64,000 nt of DNA from Eledone cirrhosa (lineage: Eukaryota): contig OZ024752.1 of assembly GCA_964016885.1 (NCBI GenBank), forward strand, positions 12,214,001 to 12,278,000, in the 5' to 3' direction. A model generated the notes under the pieces. The model was given only the letters and a program-made list of their open reading frames with translations, had not been told where the DNA came from and searched no databases. The translations under genes and the position numbers were made by a program. Positions 54,041 to 64,000 of this stretch are shown here, piece by piece. Numbering within the stretch: position 1 is the stretch's first letter; the number at the start of each line of letters is the position of its first letter.

Positions 54041-55704
54041 CTGTCAAGGAAATCACAATTATAACAAAATGTTATAGATTGCTTGAAGCAATCAAGAGAG
54101 GAGATTGCGTTGGTATGGACATATGATGCGTATGAAGGATGACAGCTGTATAAAAATGTGCAGAGCACTCAAAGTTGATGGTAGCCGTGGTGTGGTCAGG
54201 CCTAGGGAGACTTGGGATGAGGTAATAAAAGCTGGCCTTGCACAATTACACCTCTCAAAGGCAATGACTCAGGACTGTGACCTCTGGCGCTATACAGTTT
54301 TACAGAAGACCCACCCTCTATTATTCTCAGGATGAGGCTTATACCTAGTAGGCAACAGCTTCCTCAACCTTCTATCCCCCTCTCATTTACCTCCCTTAGC
54401 AGTAACCATACCCTCCCTACTACCCTGTTCACATTTTCCCCCAAGCTTCTCCACCCTCCCTAGTCCCAAGACAAAAGTGCCCAGTCCACACTGTAAAGTG
54501 GTTGTGTTGGTGACATGACAAAGGTGCCCAGTCCACACTGTAAAGAACACCTAGTCCACACTGTAAAGTGATCGTGTAGGTGTCACGACAAATAGCACCC
54601 AGCCCACACTGTAAAGTGGATGTGTAAAAGACATGGCAAAAAGTACCCAGCATACACTGTCAATGTGTTGGCGTTAGGAAGTCCCTAGCAGGACTAAAAA
54701 GCCATGTCCATGATGCTCATGCTTAAATATCAAGCGATGGCCAGACACGGTCACCCGGTCCTTCGTCAACTCCTCTGTGAATTTCAGTGATCTGAGATCA
54801 GCTCTCACCTCCTCCACCATGATTTTCGTGGTCTTCCTCTACTGCATCTTCCTTCCACTGGGATTTCTTGGCACTTTTTATCCAGCAGTCATCCTCCATG
54901 TGCACCACATGTCCATACCATCGCATTCTTCTCTCCTGCACACTACAGTTTATCCCTTTTATACATATATAAATTCATAAATATTGATATAACAATTTAA
55001 TTACTGTATAACACATTATTGAAAGAATACGATCGTGAATACAAGCAATCAAAATCGTGGTTCATTTGAAGGGTCTTTGGAGTAACGTTACTCGATAAAG
55101 GGCATAGCTCAGAGATCAGAGAATCTCTCCAGGTAGAGCTGCTACTTCTCCGAATTGAGATATCACAGCTCCGATACTATGGACATGTGGTTAGAATGTC
55201 TCAGGAAAGAATTGCTGGACAGATTTTACAGGCAAAACCAACCGACAAGAGATCCAGGGTTTGACCCTGAGCAGGATGATTGGTTAATATTCATGAGCTT
55301 AGCTTGTCTCACTTGGGGATCCAGCCGGATCTGTTGGAGATGGTTGCTTCTGACAGGACCCACTGGAAGGAGTGTTTGAGAAGGACTCTGTCCCCACGAC
55401 CTTCTCAGGAATAGGTGGGCAAAGAAGAAGAAGATCATTAAACCATTTATATAAATTATTAGGCCCATAGGTAAAAGTACAGCACAGGGGATTACATGAC
55501 CACATGGGCATAGCTCATCATATCACTTATCAAATATTTTAATAGGGTCTCATATTGGCCCCATAGGGGGGGGGGGGGGGGACAATTTCACTGTTTGCCA
55601 TAGGTGCTATTTTCTCTAGCTACATCTCTGTCCACGGGGTAGTTTTCCCTGAAAGGACGAGTTTATCAAGTTTTTTGTCAATGTTTAGAAATGGTATTCC
55701 TTAC

Positions 55705-55845
55705 CTGCCAAAAATACAATATCTGAGATCCATCACCCCCAGCTCCACAACACACATATAAGATAATATAACAAGCACCATTATAAAATGTACCAAATTC
55801 TTCACTTGGGACTTCACTCAACGTTTTGTTATATACATGCCATAT
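55705..55845 (-). CDS. VIL1: villin-like exon 3 (G4): IWHVYNKTLSEVPSEEFGTFYNGACYIILYVCCGAGGDGSQILYFWQ
   Basis: poly-T+cag acceptor, gtaagg donor, 141 nt; G.FY.G..YIILY and Y.WQ motifs. Confidence 0.95.
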
Positions 55846-56559
55846 CTGAAAAAAAAAAAAAAATATATAAATGAATTCCTGAGGTATGTATCAAATAATA
55901 ATTGTTTCTACTTTTGGTACAAGGCTAGCAATTACCCCAGTTCATTACTGGTACTTTATTTTATCGACCCTGTAAGGATGAAAGGCAAAGTTAACCCCGG
56001 CAGGATTTGAACTCAGAATACAAAGGGCCATAACTCCGTGCTGCAAAGCATGGTGTCTGATGCTCTACCAATACTGCCAATCCACAGCAAGTGGTAAAAA
56101 TTATATTTGATTTATTTGCAAGCAAACGGCCTCATTGCGCTATGTTTTTTAGATGACCATCGCCATCCTTTTGTTCTAGCAGTGACAGAGAGAAACAATC
56201 GACAATATTGTTCCTGAGTTATTGCCCTTTGTCAAGTTTGTGTATCTTTCTTCTGTCACTCATTAGAACTCTTGCGAATATATAATATTCTCTAAGTATA
56301 CATTGGCTGATTAGCCTAATTTGCATACTGATTTATTTTACATGTTAGAGTGAAAAATCAAAAACATAATCGTTTTTTATTTTGGCACAAAACCAATATA
56401 TTACTGGTACTTTATTTTATCGACCCCATAAGGATGAAAGGCAAAGCTAAGCTTGCAAGGACTTTAACTCAGAACGTAAAGAGGCATAAATATATGACAC
56501 AAAGCATGGTGTCCAATGCTCTCTCGATACTGTCAATCTACTGCCCACACTTGAAGATC

Positions 56560-56760
56560 AAAATTACACAAATGTGGTTAATACTACCTTACAACATCAA
56601 GATAATTCCAGTTATTGGAACTTTGGACTTGATACCATTAAATCAGAGAGAGGGTGCCACAACAAAATTGACATTGTGTCACAAATTGCTCTTCTAAAAG
56701 AGACTGCACTGTTAGGGGCAGCACATATTCTCAAGAAAGTACAGTCTAAGGTATTTGTTG
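56560..56760 (+). mobile_element. R4/Dong-like (restriction-like endonuclease) LINE C-terminal fragment
   Basis: IIPVIGTL..IP...ALLGAAHILKKV resembles the R4-clade ORF terminus. Confidence 0.5.
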
Positions 56761-57049
56761 AGATGTGACAGGCAGGAGAAGGTCTAGCAGTTATATTTAC
56801 TGTGATATATTCTGGAAAGTACTGTTGTCTAAGGTCCTTGTTAAGGTGTGACAGGCAGGAGAAGATCCAGTAACCTTTATATTTACGGCCCTTTATGATC
56901 TGAGTTCAAATTCCGCCGAGGTTATCTTTGCCTTTCATCCTTACGGGGTCGATAACATAAAGTACCAGTAATGCACTGGGATAATTGCTGGCCTTGTGCC
57001 AAAAGTAGAAACAATTATATTTACTGTGATCCGGTAGAACCTTGATCCA

Positions 57050-57480
57050 GCAGAGCTCTGTCCCTATAGAACTGTTACCCAGTAGAGCTGTGACCCAGCA
57101 GAGCTGTGGTATAGTAGAGCTGTAACATAGCAGAGCTGTGACCCAGCAGAGTTTTGACTCAACAAAACTGTTACCTAGTAGAGCTGTGACCCAGCAGAGC
57201 TGTGGTATAGTAGAGCTGTAACATAGCAGAGCTGTGACCCAGCAGAGTTTTGACTCAACAAAACTGTTACCTAGTAGAGCTGTGACCCAGCAGAGCTGTG
57301 GTATAGTAGAGCTGTAACATAGTAGAGCTGTGACCCAGCAGAGCTATAACATAGTAAAGCTGTGACCCAGCAGAGCTGTTATCTAGTAGAGCCTTTATTC
57401 AGCAGAGCTTTGATCAAACAGAGTCTTGATCTAGGTCAGCATTGCATTACCAAGCAGAGCTTTGTTATAATAGAGCAGTG
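57050..57480. repeat. 16-bp minisatellite with 96-bp higher-order repeat
   Basis: agagctgtgacccagc variants; 6-monomer block starts at 57084, 57180, 57276. Confidence 0.85.
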
Positions 57481-57633
57481 ACTGCAATAATAACCCAGCA
57501 AATTCTAAACCCAGATATAATTCTTGGTGTCCTTCCCACAAAACATGAAGAATTGTTACAGATATCAAAAGCCCTCAGTGTTATTCTATCTATTGTTGTT
57601 GTTAAAGCTTTTACATTTGAGAAATATAATTAC

Positions 57634-57731
57634 CGTCAACAATCCGCTTCCATCATCGGCAAGTTGCTCATTTTCTTTGAACGATTGGTGTTTGTGCAGT
57701 ATCTTTGCATCAAATTTCCCTCTGTTGGCCC
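57634..57731 (-). CDS. VIL1: villin-like exon 2: (R)ANRGKFDAKILHKHQSFKENEQLADDGSGLLT
   Basis: ctacag|gg acceptor completes the phase-1 codon; gtaatt donor; FDA..LH...DDGSG motif. Confidence 0.92.
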
Positions 57732-58140
57732 CTGTAGGATATCGGCAAGGAAATATTTTCATACATTCATGCTTTCTACTATGTGATCATCTTCTAACAG
57801 TTTTTGCGATAAGCATTATGGTCCAATCACCTGAGCCACATATTTGTTAAATTGGCATGTATGTGGCTGAGTATTCCACAGACATGGATGTATTTAATGT
57901 CAATCTAAACCAAAGGTGGAAGTTGTGTTACGGTTTTAATGGACAGAGTTACAAAGGAACTACCCCAAAGGATAATGAGGAAGATATGCGGAGTCAGCCA
58001 ACCCCCCTCCCCCCATCTCAGAGGCTCTCTCCTCAGACGGGCCGCCGACATATCGATCTTGCGGATGTTGTAACTTTATGTTACTGTTGTTTCATCAACT
58101 TGAGCACTGGTTCAGTATGTGGGTCGGTTTTAGTCTAGTA

Positions 58141-59271
58141 CAAAGGTTCTCAACGGGGGGCATATGCACCCCCGGGGCGCGTTTGGGAGCAAGGTTGCGT
58201 TAGGGGGACGTTTGGAGCTGGGGGAGGGGGGGGCGCTGGAAGGCTCTTTATTTTGGTAAGTTTTATAAGCCACATTTGTTTGTCTTTGAGACAAAAAACA
58301 GAAGCGAGTAGCACACACATCTAGGACCACATACAACACATAATCAGATAATACACACATCTAGGACCACATACAACACATAATCAGATAATACACACAT
58401 CTAGGACCACATACAACACATAATCAGATAATACACACATCTAGGACCACATACAACACATAATCAGATAATACACACATCTAGGACCACATACAACACA
58501 TAATCAGATAATACACACATCTAGGACCACATACAACACATAATCAGATAATACACACATCTAGGACCACATACAACACATAATCAGATAATACACACAT
58601 CTAGGACCACATACAACACATAATCAGATAATACACACATCTAGGACCACATACAACACATAATCAGATAATACACACATCTAGGACCACATACAACACA
58701 TAATCAGATAATACACACATCTAGGAGCACATACAACACATAATCAGATAATACACACATCTAGGAGCACATACAACACATAATCAGATAATACACACAT
58801 CTAGGACCACATACAACACATAATCAGATAATACACACATCTAGGACCACATACAACACATAATCAGATAATACACACATCTAGGACCACATACAACACA
58901 TAATCAGATAATACACACATCTAGGACCACATACAACACATAATCAGATAATACACACATCTAGGACCACATACAACACATAATCAGATAATACACACAT
59001 CTAGGACCACATACAACACATAATCAGATAATACACACATCTAGGACCACATACAACACATAATAAGATAATACACACATCTAGGACCACATACAACACA
59101 TAATCAGATAATACACACATCTTTGGAATATTGTTAATCAACTTTTTAGTAATCTACTGATATAAAAATCAGTAGTATATTGAAAAATGGAAAAATAGGG
59201 TGGAGGGAGGGCGTTTTGTGATTTCGAGGGACAAAAGGGGGCATTTGGCCTAAATGGGTTGAGAACCTGTG
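58141..59271. mobile_element. Non-autonomous hAT element with 8-bp TSD (gtctagta) containing a 40-bp x 20 tandem array (58321-59120)
   Basis: TSD at 58133-58140 and 59272-59279; TIRs caaaggttctcaac / gttgagaacctgtg. Confidence 0.9.
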
Positions 59272-59629
59272 GTCTAGTACATTGTGTTACACATGTAGTG
59301 TGATAGGATTAGTCTCCCTCATAAGCAGAGTATAATATCAGACAAAGGGGACAGCATAGAGTTATGTCCCTTTACGTTGTGAGTTCAAATCCTGCCATGG
59401 TTAACTTTGCCTTTCATCCTTACGGGGTCGATAAAATAAAGTACCAGTAATGCACTGGGGTTGACTTAATCGACTTTCCCCTTCCCCCAAATTGTTGGCC
59501 TTGTGCCTAAATGAGAAACCAATATTAGACATATGTATACACAAAGCAGAGTACTTTGATATCAGGACCAACAGGAGTAATGAGCAAAAGACTAATTTGG
59601 TTATATTCCTTGCTGATAAAATATATCAT

Positions 59630-60185
59630 AAAACGAGGGGTTGTTTAGGTGGTTTGGAACATAACTTAACAAAGGTGATGAAATTAACATGAAATTATGA
59701 TGGGAGTGTTTTCATAGAACCTGGGTTGTTTCAGGTGATTTGGAACAAAACTTAACAAAGGTCCTTACATGAAATTATGATGGGAGTGTTTTCATAGAAC
59801 CAGGGTTGTTTCAGGTGACTTGGAACAAAACTTAACAAAGGTCCTTACATGAAATTATGATGCGAGTGTTTTCATAGAACCAGGGTTGTTTCAGGTGATT
59901 TGGAACATAACTTAACAAAGGTCCTTACATGAAATTATGAGAGGGGGGGGGGGGGGTTATATGAATATAAAAACTTTAGAATAAATAGACATGTATTATA
60001 GAACCAGGGATGTTTGGAACATAACTTAACAAAGATCCTTACATGAAATTATGATGGGAAGTTTTTATATAAATATATTCACTTTAAAATTAAAGTTTTG
60101 TATCATAGAACCAGAAGTTGTTTCAGGTGGTTTGGAACATAACTTAACAAAGGTTCTAATATGAAATTATGATGGGAAGTTTTTA
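59630..60185. repeat. ~80-bp tandem repeat, ~6 degenerate copies
   Basis: catagaaccagggttgtttcaggtgatttggaacataacttaacaaaggtccttacatgaaattatgatgggag at 59713, 59793, 59873. Confidence 0.85.
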
Positions 60186-60416
60186 TATAACTTATTTCAA
60201 TCTATATATGGCGGTACTCAGTAATAGAGAAGACCCGCCTTACCTAAATACAAAGTAAAACCTACTACAGTCAGTAGGCATCTCTAACAAAATACACCCC
60301 CGTCCCACCCACCCCACCCCATCCACACCGCCCCCTTCTATGTAAAGTTATGTTGGTCCCACAACATCCAGGCCGAAACAAATGAGGTCGTGTAGGTGTC
60401 ACGACAAAAAAACACA

Positions 60417-61318
60417 CAGTCCACGCTGTAATGTGGCCGTGTAGGCAACACAGTAAAAACCTGCCAGCCCCACACTGTAAATGTGGTTGGTGTTAGGAAG
60501 GGCATCCAGCTGTAGAAAACCCGCCAGACAGTCCACGCTGTAATGTGGCCGTGTACGCAACACGGTAAAAACCTGCCAGACCCACACTGTAAATGTGGTT
60601 GGTGTTAGGAAGGGCATCCAGCCGTAGAAAACCCGCCAGACAGTCCACGCTGTAATGTGGCCGTGTACGCAACACGGTAAAAACCTGCCAGACCCACACT
60701 GTAAATGTGGTTGGTGTTAGAAAGGGCATCCAGCCGTAGAAAACCCACCAGACAGTCCACGCTGTAATGTGGCCGTGTAGGCAATACGGTAAAAACCTGC
60801 CAGCCCCACACTGTAAATGTGGTTGGTGTTAGGAAGGGCATCCAGCTGTAGAAAACCCGCCAGACAGTCCATGCTGTAATGTGGCCGTGTAGGCAACACG
60901 GTAAAAACCTGCCAGCCCTACACTGTAAATGTGGTTGGTGTTAGGAAGGGCATCCAGCTGTAGAAAACCCGCCAGACAGTCCACGCTGTAATGTGGCCGT
61001 GTACGCAACACGGTAAAAACCTGCCAGACCCACACTGTAAATGTGGTTGGTGTTAGAAAGGGCATCCAGCCGTAGAAAACCCACCAGACAGTCCACGCTG
61101 TAATGTGGCCGTGTAGGCAACACGGTAAAAACCTGCCAGACCCACACTGTAAATGTGGTTGGTGTTAGAAAGGGCATCCAGCCGTAGAAAACCTACCAGA
61201 CAGTCCACGCTGTAATGTGGCCGTGTAGGCAACACGGTAAAAACCTGCCAGACCCACACTGTAAATGTGGTTGGTGTTAGGAAGGGCATCCAGCTGTAGA
61301 AAACCCGCCAGACAGTCC
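60417..61318 (+). repeat. 112-bp tandem array (~8 units) in an RTE 3' UTR
   Basis: Period 112 (ORF track offsets 60493, 60605, 60717...); 2 units at 62640-62875, 1 unit at 44135-44250. Confidence 0.93.
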
Positions 61319-61777
61319 TATGCGAGCAAGACAACCACTCTTGCCTCAAGTGGGAAAACCCCCGTCCAAACCCATGCAAGCGTGGAACACGGACGTTAAA
61401 CGATGATGATGATGATGATGATGATATATAAATTTGAGCGACTTCCATCTTTCACACAATGTATGTGTGTGTAAAAGGAAGGAAGGGGGATGGTGAAAAA
61501 ACTATAGCAAAACAGCGGATGGCGTTCCATTTGCTACGCTGTGTGTGAGTGTATGTGTGTATGTGTTTGTGTGAATGTATGTCTATGTATAAATGTATGC
61601 CTGTGAATGTGTATTTTTGTAAGTGTGTCTGTGTTTGCGCGTTTATATTTATATACTCATACATATAAATGTATACATATGCTTATACACACACGTACAC
61701 ACACATATACACATGCATGTCAGTGTGTTGAAAAAAAATCCTAGTATGAGAAACTACAGAAAATCAATGAAACTTAC

Positions 61778-61934
61778 TGGCTATGCTTCCAATAGAATAG
61801 GCTCTTGCTTTACCAATGATCATTTGAGGTTCAGTCCAGCCATCAAAATATTGCTTAAACAATGGAGTTTCACCTTGGTCAACCACTCGAGTCACTTGCG
61901 TCCATTCAGGATAGTTTTTATTTTCTATAAATTC
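61778..61934 (-). CDS. VIL1: villin-like exon 1 of 16 in window (end of G3, G3-G4 linker): EFIENKNYPEWTQVTRVVDQGETPLFKQYFDGWTEPQMIIGKARAYSIGSIA
   Basis: ctgtag|GAA acceptor, A|gtaagt donor (phase 1); gelsolin motif GETPLFKQ.F..W. Confidence 0.93.
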
Positions 61935-62984
61935 CTACAGAAAGTATAGGAATTTTGTCCAAATATATTTATCTACAAATGAATGAATATCTCTTCATGT
62001 ATGGCTACATTTTACCAAGAAACATTTGAAAAGATATATAAATATAGCTTTCTCCTCCAACTTTTACCATCTTTCCTTACAGTTTTCTATCATAGAACCA
62101 GGGCTTCTTTCAGATGGTTTGGCACATTACTTAACTCTTTAGCATTTAAACTGGCCATATCCGGGCAGAATTATCTCACCTCTTTCTGTTCAAACCGGCC
62201 GTAACCAACTGCTCATACTTACGTTGAGGTATTGTTCTCAAAATAAATAATATCAAAATCTCATAGATTCAATATTATGTGAGGTAAAACATTTACTGTG
62301 AAAATACAATAGTATATATAGAGTAATGTAAATGTTATGTGAGGTAAAGCCTTTACTGTGAAAATACAATAGTATATATAGAGTAATGTAAATGTTATGT
62401 GAGGTAAAGCCTTTACTGTGAAAATACAGACCTTTGGCGGTACTCAGTAATAGAGAAGACCCGCCTTACCTAAATACAAAGTAAAAACCTACTACAGTCA
62501 GTAGGCACCTCTATCAAAACACACCCCCGTCCCACCACCTCCACCCCACCCACACCGCCCCTTTCAATGTAAAGTTATGTTGGTCCCACAACATCCAGGC
62601 CGAAACAAATGAGATCGTGTAGGTGTCACGACAAAAAACACACAGTCCACGCTGTAAATGTGGCCGTGTAGGCAACACGGTAAAAACCTCCCAGCCCCAC
62701 ACTGTAAATGTGGTTGGTGTTAGGAAGGGCATCCAGCTGTAGAAAACTCGCCAGACAGTCCACGCTGTAATGTGGCCGTGTAGGCAACACGGTAAAAACC
62801 TCCCAGCCCCACACTGTAAATGTGGTTGGTGTTAGGAAGGGCATCCAACTGTAGAAAACCCGCCAGACAGTCCTATGCGAGCAAGACAACCACTCTTGCC
62901 TCAAGTGGGAAAACCCCCGTCCAAACCCATGCAAGCGTGGAACACGGACGCTAAACCTGATGATGATGATGATGATGATGATGA

Positions 62985-64000
62985 TATATAAAGTAATGTA
63001 AATGTTATGTGAGATATTATGTAAGGTAAAGCCTTTACTGTGAAAATACAATAGTATATATAAAGTAATGTAAATGTTATGTGAGATATTATGTGAGGTA
63101 AAGTGTTTACTGTGAAAATACAATAGTATATATAGATTAATGTAAATGTTATGTGAGATATTATGTGAGGTAAAGCCTTTACTGTGAAAATACAATAGTA
63201 TATATAAAGTAATGTAAATGTTATGTGAGATATTATGTAAGGTAAAGCCTTTACTGCGAAAATACAATAGTATATATAGAGTAATGTAAATGTTATGTGA
63301 GATATTATGTGAGGTAAAGCCTTTACTGTGAAAATACAATAGTATATATAAAGTAATGTAAATGTTATGTGAGATATTATGTGAGGTAAAACCTTTACTG
63401 TGAAAATACAATAGTATATATAGAGTAATGTAAATGTTATGTGAGATATTATGTGAGGTAAAACATTTACTGTGAAAATACAATAGTATATATAAAGTAA
63501 TGTAAATGTTATGTGAGATATTATGTGAGGTAAAACCTTTACTGTGAAAATACAATAGTATATATATAGAGTAATGTAAATGTTATGTGAGATATTATGA
63601 GGTAAAGCCTTTACTGTGAAAATACAATAGTATATATAGAGTAATGTAAATGTTATGTGAGATATTATGTGAGGTAAAGCCTTTACTGTGAAAATACAAT
63701 AGTATATATAGTGTAATGTAAATGTTATGTGAGATATTATGTGAAGTAAAGCCTTTACTGTGAAAATACAATAGTATATATAGAGTAATGTAAATGTTAT
63801 GTGAGATATTATGTGAGGTAAAACATTTACTGTGAAAATACAATAGTATATATAAAGTAATGTAAATGTTATGTGAGATATTATGTGAGGTAAAACATTT
63901 ACTGTGAAAATACAATAGTATATATAAAGTAATGTAAATGTTATGTGAGATATTATGTAAGGTAAAGCCTTTACTGTGAAAATACAATAGTATATATAAA
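62985..64000 (-). repeat. 72-bp tandem array (~14 copies, runs off window), same unit as 37514-38090 in opposite orientation
   Basis: gtaatgtaaatgttatgtgagatattatgtgaggtaaagcctttactgtgaaaatacaatagtatatata. Confidence 0.95.

Noticed and set aside
52936-54738. ~60-bp direct repeats at 52936-52997 and 54678-54738 as LTRs
   Set aside because: Too short, no TG..CA ends, PBS or TSD, and they enclose a host exon; likely a small dispersed repeat

Overview
AT-rich eukaryotic DNA, most likely an octopod cephalopod judged from the SINE families (from recall, no database search). The only host gene is the 3' part of a villin/advillin-like actin-binding gene on the minus strand. I reconstructed 16 GT-AG exons (61934 to 13810, about 496 aa) covering the end of gelsolin repeat G3, repeats G4-G6 and the villin headpiece; the 5' exons lie beyond the window. 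The remainder is microsatellite (TA/TG/GA/GAT) and transposon sequence: Penelope-like elements, RTE, CR1 and R4-like LINE pieces, Helitrons, hAT, mariner and TTAA MITEs, tRNA-derived SINEs, and tandem arrays grown inside these elements. Nearly all long ORFs in the track are low-complexity artefacts. Three signals stand out. (1) An antisense copy of one coding exon plus its 5' splice site sits 19 kb downstream in the same pre-mRNA, with a ~97% identical core but ~81% identical flank, a candidate editing/splicing complementary sequence. (2) About a dozen minimal hammerhead-ribozyme motifs occur, several in sense orientation in villin introns, including a tandem pair 349 nt apart. (3) Fold-back (palindromic) insertions into (TA)n tracts have fixed outer breakpoints.
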